DNA of 64,000 nucleotides from Octopus vulgaris (taxonomy: Eukaryota). Made by a program: the position numbers and the translations under genes. Shown one piece after another: positions 13,355 to 26,386 of this stretch; the first letter of the stretch is position 1, and the number at the start of each line of letters is the position of its first letter. The stretch is from the NCBI GenBank assembly GCA_951406725.2, contig OX597835.1, forward strand, positions 21,142,001-21,206,000. The letters are read 5' to 3'. The notes under the pieces are model-generated. The model ran no database searches and had not been told where the DNA came from. It worked only from the letters and a program-made list of their open reading frames with translations.

Positions 13355-13940
13355 TTCTTCTTATTATTATTATTCATAATCTTCTTCTTCTTCATCTTCT
13401 TCTTCTTCTTCTTCTTCTTCTTTTCTTTCTTCTTCTTCTTCTTCTTCTTCTTCTTCTCCTTCTTCTTCTTCTTCTTCTTCATTTCCCCATCCCCTCCGCT
13501 CCACGTCTTCCACTACTTCCTCCTCCTCCTCCTCCTCCTCCCCAACACTACCACATTCCCTCTTCATACTCTCCTCCTTATATCATCCTCCTCCTCACAC
13601 CATCATCCTCCTCATACCATCTTCCTCCTTCTCCATCCACCTCTTCCTCATCCACCTCTTCCAATTCTTCTCCCTCCCCCTCTTCCTCATCCACGCCTCC
13701 ACCTCCTCCACTTCTACTTTTTTTCTTCCACGTCCTCCACTTCTTCTTCTTTTTCTTCTTCTACTTCTTCTTCTACTTCTTCTCCTTCTTCCTCCTTTCC
13801 TCGCCCTCTTCTTCTCCTTCTTCTTTTCCTCCTTCTCCTCCTCCCACTCCTCATCGTTATTATCAACTTTATTATTTTTCCTTATATTACTGTTATTGTT
13901 GTTGTCCATCATTCACACGTTCCTCTCCTCTTGTTCTTGT
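13355..13940. repeat. (TTC)n/(TCC)n polypyrimidine low-complexity tract
   Basis: Direct inspection. Confidence 0.9.
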
Positions 13941-14159
13941 TCTTGCTCCTCTTAAGGTCGCTGTTGTTGTTGCTGCCACAGTTATGGCAGTTGTTATCGT
14001 TTTTGTTGTTGTTGTTCATATTTTTAGAGTTATTAAATCTTCTTTATAATTTTACACCCAGCTTCCTACGAACATTATCATCCATTTCTTTGCATCTTAT
14101 CTGTTTACATCATCAACATCCAAAGAACCCCACCCCATCATTGACTGTATTCATCCTGT

Positions 14160-14815
14160 CTATATATAAATAAATACACACACACACACAGATACTACAA
14201 CACACGTTTATATATAACAAACACACATATTGATATGTGTATATGTATACATACATACATTATATATATATACACATATGTGACATAAATACATAGAAAA
14301 ACAAAACGCACATATATATATATATATGTGTGTGTGTGTGTATATATGTGTGTGTATATATGTGTATATATATGTGTTTATATATGTGTATATATATATG
14401 TGTGTGTATATATGTGTATATATATATATGTGTATATATATGTGTATATATATGTGTGTATATATATATGTGTGTATATATATATGTGTGTATATATGTA
14501 TATGTGTGTATATATATATGTGTGTATATATATATGTGTGTATATATATAAGTGTATATATATATGTATATATATATATGTATATATATGTATATATATA
14601 TATGTATATATATGTATATATATGTTTATGTAGATATATATGTATATGTGTATATATATGTATATGTATATATATGTATTTGTGTATATATATGTATATA
14701 TATGTATATGTATATATATGTATATATATATACATACGTATATATATATATGTATATATATATGTATATATATGTATATATATGTATATGTATATATATG
14801 TATATATATATACAT

Positions 14816-14887
<72 letters not shown>

Positions 14888-15224
14888 TTTTAATAATAGT
14901 TATTGTCACACGTTGTATATGTTTATGTGTAAGTTTTTCTGTCACTTCTTCGTATATCTAACAACAACAGAAGAAGAAGAAGGCTTTAAAATAACAAAAG
15001 AAGTCAAATAAATCAACAAGAAACAACAGCAATCACAAAGAGTGTCAGAAAGAAAAACCACGAAAATAATTTTTATAGTGAACATCAATGTTTTGAAATA
15101 TTACACCAACACCCCACACCACTACACTTACGTATATATATATGTGTGTGTATGTGTGTGTGTATATATACGTACATATATATATATATGTATGTATGTA
15201 TGTATATATAAGTATGTATGTATG

Positions 15225-15265
<41 letters not shown>

Positions 15266-15672
15266 GTATATGTATGTATATATATGTATATATATGTATG
15301 TATGTATATGTATGTATGTATGTGTATGTATGTATATGTATGTATGTGTATGTATGTATGTGTATGTATGTATATGTATGTATGTGTATGTATGTATGTG
15401 TATGTATGTATGTATGTATGTGTATGTATGTATGTATGTATGTATGTGTATGTATGTATATATATGTATGTATATGTTTATATATGTTTATATATGTTTA
15501 TATATGTATATATATGTTTATATATGTATGTATATTTACATATATATACATGCATACACACATATATTTATATATACATACATATATGTATGTATATGTA
15601 TGTATACATATATGTATATCTACGCATATATATTATATTTATATATACATATATGTATATATATGTTATATA

Positions 15673-15703
<31 letters not shown>

Positions 15704-15860
15704 TTTATGTTATATATATAATATGTATGTTTATATTATATATATATATATATTAGATTATATATATATATATATAGATTATATATACACACCCACGCAC
15801 ACACACACAAATATATATGTACATATATATTTATATATGTGCATATATTTTTTATATATA
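14160..15860. repeat. Compound (TA)n/(TATG)n microsatellite field
   Basis: Direct inspection; interrupted by unique sequence at about 14890-15130. Confidence 0.93.
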
Positions 15861-16480
15861 AATCTACCTTTACTGTTTTCTTATTGCTATAATCGAAAGA
15901 TTTTCTTAAGTTAGGCAAGGTAATAAATAAAACCAAGATCAAGGCAATGCTTCGTTCTTTTGACGTAATATTAGGGCCCTTTGAAAACACTTCACCCACA
16001 CCCCACTCAACACCTCTTCAACACCTTTCTCACGAAGCACATTTAAAAAACACACAATATATATTTATACACAGAATAATATAAGCATAAAAAAATTTAA
16101 CACGAATCCGTCTTCTTTTTGCCAATGAAAGCGATCCTTAATTTTACACAAATATTATTGCTATATGAAATTTCTCTGTTATTTAACCGCGGTTCTGCGC
16201 TTTAAAGGTTTATAACTTATTTTCTAACGATATGAAGTTTAAAATAACAAACCATGTTTGTTCATTGCATATATAGAATAACAACCCCCCCCCAAAAAAA
16301 AGAGAAGAAAACATTTCTTAAATTCATAATAAAATAAATAACAAACTTTAGAAAGAGAAAGAAAGAAACAGAAAGAAGAATGTAGAAAAAGAAAACACAT
16401 ATGCAGGTACACCGGACAGATTCATATATCTATGGAGAACACTATCACGCATGCGTATTTGCATGCAGGATCATTCACAT

Positions 16481-16535
<55 letters not shown>

Positions 16536-16572
16536 AACACACACACACACATGTATATATACATATTTATAC

Positions 16573-16605
<33 letters not shown>

Positions 16606-17292
16606 CGTGTGTGTATGTATATACATGCGTGGCGTTTCTGTGTGTCGTTCGTATATATATAAATGTATATATATATATATATATATATATACTTTATATA
16701 TTTGATGTATATATATTATAAACGTTATGTTATGTATGTATATATATATATATATATTAGGCATTATATTATATATATACATATGTATAAACATATATAT
16801 TAAAAATTTATATACTATATATGTATTATAAATATCATATATGCTATATATATATATACATACACCATACATGTGAGTCCGTTTGTGTGTTTGGTTGTGT
16901 GCTTCTGTGTGTGTGTGTGTGTGTGTGTGTAACTCTGTGTGTATGCTTGTGCTAGTATAGTTATATACGTACATATCGATGTTGATATCTGTACGTGTAC
17001 ATGAATGGTTATGTTTATATACACATACATATTTTCCTATTTTTGTTGAGCGTATTATATGCTTAGCTATTCATACCTGTATGGGTAAGGATTCATATTT
17101 ATATTATACAGGTAAATGCATTCTACACTACCATGTATATACATGTGCACGTATACACGTAAAAGTTTACACACATGTATACGTGTAAAAACCTTACACT
17201 TGTTTATGTATATACACAACCATGCATGTATGTATGTGTATATATATATATATATGTATATATACTTTATTTAAAGCAGCAGAAAATTCAAC

Positions 17293-17339
17293 AAAATCTG
17301 TTACTCTGAGTTTCTCGTTGCCGTTCATCAGACAGTTTT
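17293..17339 (-). ncRNA. Minimal type-I hammerhead ribozyme motif
   Basis: Minus strand aaaactgt-CTGATGA-acg-gcaa-cga-GAAA-ctc-a-gag-TA-acagatttt; canonical core, GUA site, one mismatch at the base of stem II. Confidence 0.75.
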
Positions 17340-17351
17340 TGCTAGAATGGA

Positions 17352-17398
<47 letters not shown>

Positions 17399-17479
17399 TG
17401 TCTATGTATGTATGTACATATGCGCGCATATACATGCATAAGACATACGCACAAACATACAAACACGCACACACGCGTT

Positions 17480-17623
17480 TTCGTCCACCCAATCCGCTCA
17501 CAAAAATTTTGTCGGTCCGAGGCTATAGTAGAAGACACTGAGTCAAGGTGCCACGCAGTGGGACTGAACACGGAATCATGTAGTTGGCAAGCAAGCTACT
17601 TACCACACAGTCACTCCTGCGCC
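17480..17623 (-). mobile_element. SINE family B head fragment
   Basis: gccacgcagtgggactgaac...ctacttaccacacagtcactcctgcgcc. Confidence 0.8.
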
Positions 17624-18834
17624 TGTGCACATATATGGGGGCCTTAGCTCCAAAATTTTAGTCATTTCTTTTATGATCCAAAACTAGGTCAAAAGTACTG
17701 AATGGATCTTTATGAAATTTGGAAATTATATTCGGTGCATAAGGGCCATAACCCCCATGACAATTCATATATTTTTGCTGTTGATGAAATTTTAACCACA
17801 GATATTAGACATAAATGAAGTAATATTTATAAAATTTCATCTTCTTATAAGTTAGAAAGACCCTTCCATGGGGACTTAACACCCACAATTTTGTCATTTT
17901 ATCTAAGCAAAGACGAATACAGTTGTACTCTTGGAAGCTGTAGGGTTACCCGAGCATAAAAGATGAGCATTATTTGTAATTCAATGGTACAACAGTGTAA
18001 TACTTTGCTTTGACATACACTTACGTTGCAATTTCTGCAATGTGGTGCATAAATTGTTAAGTAAATGAGAGGCATCTTTGCCTCCACGGATTCAGTTGCA
18101 AAGTGTTGAGTAAAGTTATTTGATTGCTGACCTCCTTTCAGTCTTTTTATAATCACTGGATCACACATAGTCCCCACATGGTAACATTGATTTCAAGGCC
18201 TTCCCAGATGAGTGACTGGTTATTTAAAGACATTTATAGATTGTAAATTTATTCCGTCCAGTTACGTATCATTATAGTGGTCATTTGCAAACTCCAGAGG
18301 CAACAATTTCATTTCTCCTTAGCCCTCACGTCACACAGTTGTTAAGGTTTATTTCAGTTGGGTCACACCCTTCCAACTGCTATAGACTCGTAATGCATCT
18401 TACGGCTGTGCCTGTCACCTGGATGGTGAGGAATCCTACATTGGGAGTGGTAACGACTAGGGTAGGGTAGCTGACTGCTTATTGTGATCATTCGTCTTTT
18501 GGTTTCCTGAAGCATTGCTCTCTTTTACAAACCCAATGAACATATATTTCCTATTTAAAAGAAATTCAAACAATAGATATAAGACCCAAGTTAAAAAGAT
18601 TCTCAACGATTCAACTTCTCGGCTCGACATTAAGACACCCATTCCCAACAGGGGCCTTAACACTCACATTTTAGAGCTCCATGACCTTCATTTTTCAGGT
18701 GCAAAATCCTTTTAACAGGTTCAATAAGACTGGAATTTTGGAATATGCACATAAAAATCAGTAGTATGGGATACATGTGGCACGTTTACAATTTTTTAGG
18801 GTGTGTAAACAGGGAAATAATCCTCATCTGCAAT

Positions 18835-18942
18835 CTTGATGAAACTCGAAACATAGGTATTCCAGTTCATTACAGAAAATATAACAGAAAAGTCTAATTC
18901 TTCAATTGCATGTAACACGGGCAACTCCGGGTATATCTGCCA

Positions 18943-18943
<1 letters not shown>
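18835..18943 (+). mobile_element. Helitron 3' end (the element may extend upstream to about 17640)
   Basis: Reverse-complement match to 10423-10530; hairpin cgggcaactccggg followed by ccag|t. Confidence 0.65.
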
Positions 18944-18988
<45 letters not shown>

Positions 18989-19125
18989 AAATTACGATGA
19001 AAATTGACAAAGATTGCTCTCGAAGCAGATAAGGAAATAATATGGATAGTTTGTCCCGTTCATGCTATTCTGTTAACATTATTCTGCGCTTGAGAATAAA
19101 GTATTTCCTCATCTATCGATCTCTC

Positions 19126-19194
<69 letters not shown>

Positions 19195-19394
19195 TTGAAT
19201 AAAATGTATAGCAATGATTTTTTCCGATAATTTTTCCAGTTTGATAATTAAGTGATTATAAGTTATTAGGTGTTTTCGGTTACAAGTTATGAACATTTAA
19301 CTATTAAAGTGGAAAATTACCAGAAAAGCCATTTCTATCCGTTTTTTTTCTTCAATTACATAATACTGTACCAAGCAGTTTCTATTTCTTATTT

Positions 19395-19436
<42 letters not shown>

Positions 19437-19524
19437 GTGTCTGTGTGTATGTTTGAACACATATATATAAGAGCTAGTATTTATATGTATAAATCACATA
19501 AAAAATCTTGCACAACAAAAAAAA

Positions 19525-19574
<50 letters not shown>

Positions 19575-19576
<2 letters not shown>

Positions 19577-19868
19577 GCGCAATGGCCCAATGGTTAGGGC
19601 AGCGGACTCGCGGTCGTAGGATCGCGGTTTCGATTCCCAGACCGGGCGTTGTGTGTGTTTATTGAGCGAAAACACCACGAGGCTCCAGCAGGGGGTGGTG
19701 ATCCCTGCCGTATTCTTTCGTCACAACTTTCCCCCACTCTTTCTTCTGTTGCCCTGCTCGCTTAGCCAGCGGGGTGGCGTCATTCGAAGGTTAAAACAAT
19801 GCGAACGCATTGTGACCAGCGATGTGTAACAACATCTGATGGTCTGGTCGGTCACGTGATCACGTGAT
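19575..19868 (+). mobile_element. tRNA-derived SINE family C (ggcgcaatggcccagtggttagggcagcggactcgcgg...tcacgtgatcacgtgat)
   Basis: A box tggcccaatggttagg, B box ggtttcgattccc; copies at 30117 and 31873. Confidence 0.88.
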
Positions 19869-19877
19869 ATATATATA

Positions 19878-19942
<65 letters not shown>

Positions 19943-20508
19943 ATATAAATATATATACAGCCAAGTAGACAGCCATGTATGCCTATATATATACCCAAGG
20001 CCATAATTGATGCTGCTGTCTCACACCAAAGCCAGCTCTCCACTTGTGGACTCATTTTTTATATCCAGACTTTAAGGCACTCTAATGTATTTCTGTCTTC
20101 ACCAGTAAAGTTTATTTCCGCCCACTTGAGGAGATTAGACAAATAATCCATCATATTTTTCTGAAACTACCTTTAGTTTCACTACGATTTATTCTACCCT
20201 TATTTCTTCCATCAGGCCATACCACGAAAATACTTGAAGATGACTTTTGAATGGGATCGAAGACATTTAGCGTTTTAGATATTAATTAGGCTTCAATGGA
20301 GAAACTATTATAAGCATGTTTGTTAATTTTGTCTCATATTTTGACAGTTTTCAGTAAGGTAATATATTGTGTGAAGACCCAATTGTTTTCGAATCGATAA
20401 AGATCCTTTGTGTGTATAAGATTATATGAAAATAACTTAGCTTGTGTGATGGATGTTTTATCGAGTAATATAAAAAGAAAATTATTCAACTATAATACTT
20501 TCAAGATA

Positions 20509-20690
20509 AATAGATCGATTCTAGGGTTATAATTATGGGTGACAATTTCATTTGACACCGCCAGAAAAAAATCCCATTTTCCGTAGCGGTGTCGTATGAA
20601 ATTGTCACCCATAATTATAACCCTAGTATCGATCTATTGCATTTCTATCTATTTTAGGGTTAGGGTTAGAGTTATGGTTATGGTTAGGGG
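20509..20690. repeat. 53-bp inverted repeat followed by TTAGGG-like repeats
   Basis: 20509-20561 pairs with 20586-20638; ttagggttagggttagagttatggttatggttaggg at about 20654-20689. Confidence 0.85.
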
Positions 20691-20720
20691 TGGGGGAAGG
20701 GTATCTTTTTTTCTTCGCAA

Positions 20721-21030
20721 ATGCCTGGAGAAGTTCTTAAGCAGATCAGGCCGAAAATGTCGCTAGAAGCTAGGATCACCAAGCATAGATTGGCATATTT
20801 CGGTCATATTATGCGAGAAAATCCCTGGAGAAGAACATCATGCTCAGAATGGTCAGTGGCAAGAGAGGAAGAGGCCGACCAAGAACCCGCTGGTTGGACA
20901 CCATCAAGAGTGATACCGGAATGGACATAGCCAGTCTGAAAGAAGCGGCCCAGGATAGAACTGACTGGAGGACACTGATCCAACGAATAACCGAGAGTCG
21001 ACTTCGACTGAGCGGATAGATAGATAGATC
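20721..21030 (+). mobile_element. 3' fragment of RTE (BovB-like) LINE
   Basis: SLEARITKHRLAYFGHIMR, then after a frameshift LEKNIML.MVSGKRGRGRPRTRWLDTIK...DRTDWRTLIQRITESRLRLSG*; (gata)n tail. Confidence 0.88.
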
Positions 21031-21731
21031 TTTTTGTATTTGAATAATACAATAAATATCTCATTAAACTGTAAAACGGAATAAGATGACCATTTCTAAA
21101 TTAAGATTATGAGGGATTTTTAGGTGGCAATTTGTTATTGTAATTAATTAGATTAACAGTTTAGTTCCAATACAAATTTTAGCGCAAAACATAAACTAAT
21201 GCTCACTAATGCATACTAAACTGCAATAATATCTCTGTTAAAGCGATTCTATTCGATACGTTCCTAAGAAGAGAACGCTCAACGAAATCACGCTCTACGG
21301 TATATTGCTGTAATAGCAACCATGAGACTCCATTTCTAGCAGCGGTTCGAATGATATTGAATGTGAATGCGTTAGCCGACCGAATGTAAATTCCAGAGAC
21401 GCACTGTCGCGTCCTTCAAGCACAAATAACTTTTGATAGTCTCACACGTTGAAGTTTAAATTTATGAAGAAATTAGAAAACAATTTTAGATAATTAAGAA
21501 TGAATGTAATTAGAAAATTATGAAGTAGATTAAATTAATCAACGTTGATCACGAGTACATAAACGTATTCCTAATTAATTCAATTAAACACAAAACGATT
21601 ATACAGGTTGATGTTATCTCTCACTGGTTGCTTTCCAAAAAGTTATTCCAAAGTCGTTTACATTTTCTTGAATCTCTTCTCAGATGTTATATCTCCTGGG
21701 ACCCCTTTCTTGACTTCGATTCAGTGAACTG

Positions 21732-22137
21732 CTCTGGCAGAAACGTTAGCGCACCGGGCGAAATGCTTAGCGGTATTTCGTCTGTCGTTACGTTCTGAGT
21801 TCGAATTCCGCCGAGGTCGACTTTGCCATTCATCCTCTCGAGGTCGATAAATAAAGTACCAGTTTCGCACTGGGTCGATGTAATCGACTTAATCCCTTTG
21901 TCTGTCCTTGTTTGTCCCCTCTGTGTTCAGCCCCTTGTGGGTAGTAAAGAAATAGGTATTTCGTCTGTCGTTACGTTCTGAGTTCAAATTCCGCCGAGGT
22001 CGACTTTACCTTTCATCCTCTCGGGGTCGATAAATAAAGTACCAGTTTCGCACTGGGTCGATGTAATCGACTTAATCCCTTTGTCTGTCCTTGTTTGTCC
22101 CCTCTATGTTTAGCCCCTTGTGGGTAGTAAAGAAATA
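21732..22137 (+). mobile_element. SINE family A head-to-tail dimer
   Basis: The second unit starts at the junction aaagaaatag|gtatttcgtctg (about 21956). Confidence 0.9.
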
Positions 22138-22299
22138 TATATTTTCTCTAATGTTACTGAAAACAGTAGTAAGAATGGCCTTGCTGTATAGTAGATTTAT
22201 CAGACTCATTTGGGATGTTTTACCGTATGGATTACTGCAAATATTTTATAGATTAACTCTTACCATCTACCATTGAAATTTTTATAAATCTTCTCCATT

Positions 22300-22735
22300 G
22301 ACTTTTCGTATTCTCCCTTCATTGACTTGCCCAAGTGTGTCATTGATAACTGTTGGTACTACCAATTCCTGTGGTACTATCAGTTTCTCGAAATCATTCA
22401 TTGCATGCTCCTAGCTGTAGGTTTTTTTACCAAAACTTGTGTCCCCCCCCCCCATTGCTCGATTTATTCATCGCAGGTTGCTTTGTCATTATTTCTGATG
22501 CTCATAACACAGATGTATTCCAAAAAGCACTTAAATATAGTTCGCTTAGTGATATCGGTCATTTAGTACTTCGAAAACATGTTGAGAAGTGTGAGCATGA
22601 CTTTAGGCCTTGATATTAGAAATTACATCTTGATCTTTTGATCAAGAGAAAAGCAGATCTGAAGTTTAAGATTCTGGGGTCAACTGGAGCATCATCAATT
22701 ACCAACAAGGTTTTAAGCCCAAGGCTATGTCCTTT
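22300..22735 (-). pseudogene. Decayed pogo/Tigger-like DDE transposase fragment
   Basis: Minus strand LKTLLVIDDAP.DP and LDQ...ISNIKA resemble the LLLDNAPGHP and PLDQGVISNFKA motifs; heavily mutated. Confidence 0.45.
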
Positions 22736-22780
22736 GTAACATTTTTTCATTGATAGATAAAAGCTATGTGAAGTTAGATA

Positions 22781-22835
<55 letters not shown>

Positions 22836-22841
22836 GTACAC

Positions 22842-22874
<33 letters not shown>

Positions 22875-23045
22875 CACAGACATATACATATGTTTATATA
22901 TATAAATAAAATTATACATGCATACATTTATATATATGTATATATATACATTTATATATATGTATATATATATATATATATACACTCATATACATATATA
23001 CATTTATACACACTTACACACACACACACACACACATGTACATAT

Positions 23046-23300
23046 ATCTTTATCTTTATCCCCGTCTGTCTTGATAGACAATGGGTTGCGCCACGGGTGG
23101 GGCCTACTTTGATGATGTGCAGCGTCTGCTGTGACTGAACAGTCCAATTCTAGAGTGGCAGTCCTTGGTACAGTTGCTGCACACGAACATCGATGGGTAC
23201 GTGTGGGGTGTTGCTGCAGTTGTCCTCCTCCTGTCCCGCCTGTCCAACCACAGCTGTGCTCTCCTCTCCTCAGCCATGGAAACGCCTTTCCTCACCGTAC
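23046..23300 (-). mobile_element. 3' fragment of RTE-clade LINE
   Basis: [23 protein letters not shown] zinc finger; 3' UTR gcgcaacccattgtc is shared with about 3088-3105; (gataaa)n tail. Confidence 0.85.
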
Positions 23301-23813
23301 AAAGTACATAAGCAATTACCACTTTAATAACAATAACATTGTATATTAAAGTTTATCTCCTACTTTATATTCCTTGTGTAATTATACAGGAAGGTATGTA
23401 AACCATTATCCGCATGATAACACAGTATATGCCTTATTTGATACTCTAAATATATTTTAGGTAATTTCTTTTCCATCAAAGTCACTTGAAATTGATTTTT
23501 TTCAATATCCCCCCAGCAATAGTTAATAATATCTGTGTTTATCCCCCGCCATCGCTTGACAACAGATATATAAGTCCTGGGCTCAATTTGTTCGACTAAA
23601 AGGCGGTGCTCCAGGATGGCCGCTGTCAAATGACTGAAACAAGTGAAAGGACAAAAGAATATATCTAAAAAGAGAGATAAGTTATATTAAATCTCTGAGC
23701 GACAGATAAACAGTAGCAGCACAGATTCGTAAAATACATTTGCTAATTAAATGTGGTGGTCCTATAGAGGACGGTGTTACTGTTGTTTTTGTCCACAGGA
23801 AGACAACTACTCC

Positions 23814-23995
23814 AGCTGGCCAACGACACATCGTCTGTGTCAGATTAGTATTTGTGAAGGTGGTCATCGCCGCCATCTCTAACCTTGTGTGAGATACGCA
23901 GAAACCCGGGTCTGTGTGTATCACGTAAGGTTAGAGATGAGAACGATGACCTCCCACGCAAATACTAATCAGAAACAGTATGTCGTTGGCCAGCT
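23814..23995. repeat. About 180-bp imperfect foldback (MITE-like hairpin)
   Basis: agctggccaacgaca...gattagtatttg...catctctaacctt pairs with aaggttagagatg...caaatactaatc...tgtcgttggccagct. Confidence 0.85.
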
Positions 23996-24110
23996 CAGGG
24001 AGATGATTTCGTGCGGCTAAAACCAACAGGAACACCACATTTAGTTGGAAAATATATTTTAGAATGTATATATATATGTGTGTATGTGTGTGTGTGTGAG
24101 TGTGTGTACA

Positions 24111-24162
<52 letters not shown>

Positions 24163-24281
24163 TAGTTTTGTTAATTTCGGAATTACCTCTAATCGAATTT
24201 TAAGAATAGCAAACATATGTATACTTACATTCACACATACATACATACATACATACATACATACATACATACATACATACA

Positions 24282-24315
<34 letters not shown>

Positions 24316-24413
24316 CATACATACATACATGCATGCATGCATATAAATATATTCGCCATGATAGATCGCTAGCCACTACACATTCTTTATTTTCTCTCCT
24401 TATTTCTTTGTTA

Positions 24414-24449
24414 CTTTCTGTGGAAGAGCGCAGGCTCGAAACGTTAAAG
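24414..24449 (+). ncRNA. Minimal hammerhead-like motif (variant core CUGUGGA)
   Basis: cttt-CTGTGGA-a-gagc-gcag-gctc-GAAA-cg-TT-aaag; same family as 2550 and 42413. Confidence 0.55.
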
Positions 24450-24583
24450 ACTTTTTCACTTCCCGGGCGTTTTACTAATACATCTGTTTGTTTTCTACAA
24501 CACCTGTCTTCGTCTTTTGGGTTTTTTTTGTGAAATCTCCCTATATGTTTGTGTGTACATATATATATAAATATATATATATA

Positions 24584-24642
<59 letters not shown>

Positions 24643-24644
<2 letters not shown>

Positions 24645-25812
24645 GTTTAAATATTTGTTGTGCAAGATTTTTTATGTGAAGTCGTGTGTTGAAACAGATA
24701 TTGTTATATTTCGGAATGGTCATAATGCCAGTTTAGCCAATAAAAACACACGCACTATATATTTGGTGTTATTTTGCTTCAGTGATATTTATTTTTTACA
24801 TTAATCTCAATCTTATTTCGGCCAAAGTTCTTTCGTCACACTCCTGTGACCGCATCAGTGGTCCTTTGTTTTCTTCTCACCTATTTGTGTCTCTCCTTAC
24901 TAACCGTCAGCCATTTTGTATTTCTATTGTATGTCTTCATTTGCGCATGCTTATATCTCTATGTGCGTCTATGTTTATTTAGTGTGTGTGTTGGGGGGGA
25001 TGCCTGTAATATTTGTATCTTCTGTTTATATACATTCTTGTAAGTTGTATTTTGTTTTTGTTGTTGTTGCTTTTGTTCTAATTTTGTTCATGTGTTTACA
25101 TCCACCCATTATTATCATCACATATGCTTGTATGTATGTATAACAACAATATTAGTAATAATAATAATAAATCTAATCGAAAAAATATATATATACATAC
25201 ATATAAACACACATATACACATATACATATATATATATACACATACATAGATATATATACATATATATAGTTATTCATTTCTATTTCTATTTGTTTATTT
25301 ATCTGTGTATTTATTATGTTTTCAGGATCCTCTATCGTCATATGATGTGGTGTGTGCTATTGCTCCATTCTAGTTTTCTATTCAGGCTAGGTTTATTTTC
25401 TATTATATGTGTAGCTTCTGTAATTTGTCTAATTGTTGCATCTGTTCTATGTGTGGACAATATCTTAATCTCTATGTTATTGATTGATCCCCTGTGTTCC
25501 TGTTCGGATCAATCAATAACATAGAGATTAAGATATTGTCCACACATAGAACAGATGCAACAATTAGACAAATTACAGAAGCTACACATATAATAGAAAA
25601 TAAACCTAGCCTGAATAGAAAACTAGAATGGAGCAATAGCACACACCACAACATATGACGATAGAGGATCCTGAAAACATAATAAATACACAGATAAATA
25701 AACAAATAGAAATAGAAATGAATAACTATATATATGTATATATATCTATGTATGTGTATATATATATATGTATATGTGTATATGTGTGTGTATATGTATG
25801 TATGTATGTATG

Positions 25813-25853
<41 letters not shown>

Positions 25854-26334
25854 TCGATTAGATTTATTATTATTATTACTAATATTGTTGTTATACATAC
25901 ATACAAGCATATGTGATGATAATAATGGGTGGATGTAAGCACATGAACAAAATTAGAACAAAAGCAACAACAACAAAAACAAAATACAACTTACAAGAAT
26001 GTATATAAACAGAAGATACAAATATTACAGGCATCCCCCCACACACACACACACACACTAAATAAACATAGACGCACATAGAGATATAAGCATGCGCAAA
26101 TGAAGACATACAATAGAAATACAAAATGGCTGACGGTTAGTAAGGAGAGACACAAATAGGTGAGAAGAAAACAAAGGACCACTGATGCGGTCACAGGAGT
26201 GTGACGAAAGAACTTTGGTCGAAATAAGATTGAGATTAATGTAAAAAATAAATATCACTGAAGCAAAATAACACCAAATATATAGTGCGTGTGTTTTTAT
26301 TGGCTAAACTGGCAATATGACCATTCCGAAATAT

Positions 26335-26343
<9 letters not shown>
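24643..26343. mobile_element. 1.65-kb palindromic (Penelope-like inverted) element with a hammerhead-like motif in each arm
   Basis: Arms 24698-25490 and 25506-26343, 15-nt spacer cctgtgttcctgttc; motifs at 24820-24864 (-) and 26176-26220 (+); (TA)n on both sides. Confidence 0.88.

Positions 26344-26386
<43 letters not shown>

Noticed and set aside
15042-15914. Long I/Y/M/V/C-rich ORFs here and throughout the ORF track
   Set aside because: Artefacts of (TA)n/(TG)n/(TATG)n repeats lacking stop codons.
19575-19650. Possible tRNA gene
   Set aside because: The tRNA-like sequence continues into a conserved SINE body in three copies; it is a SINE head.
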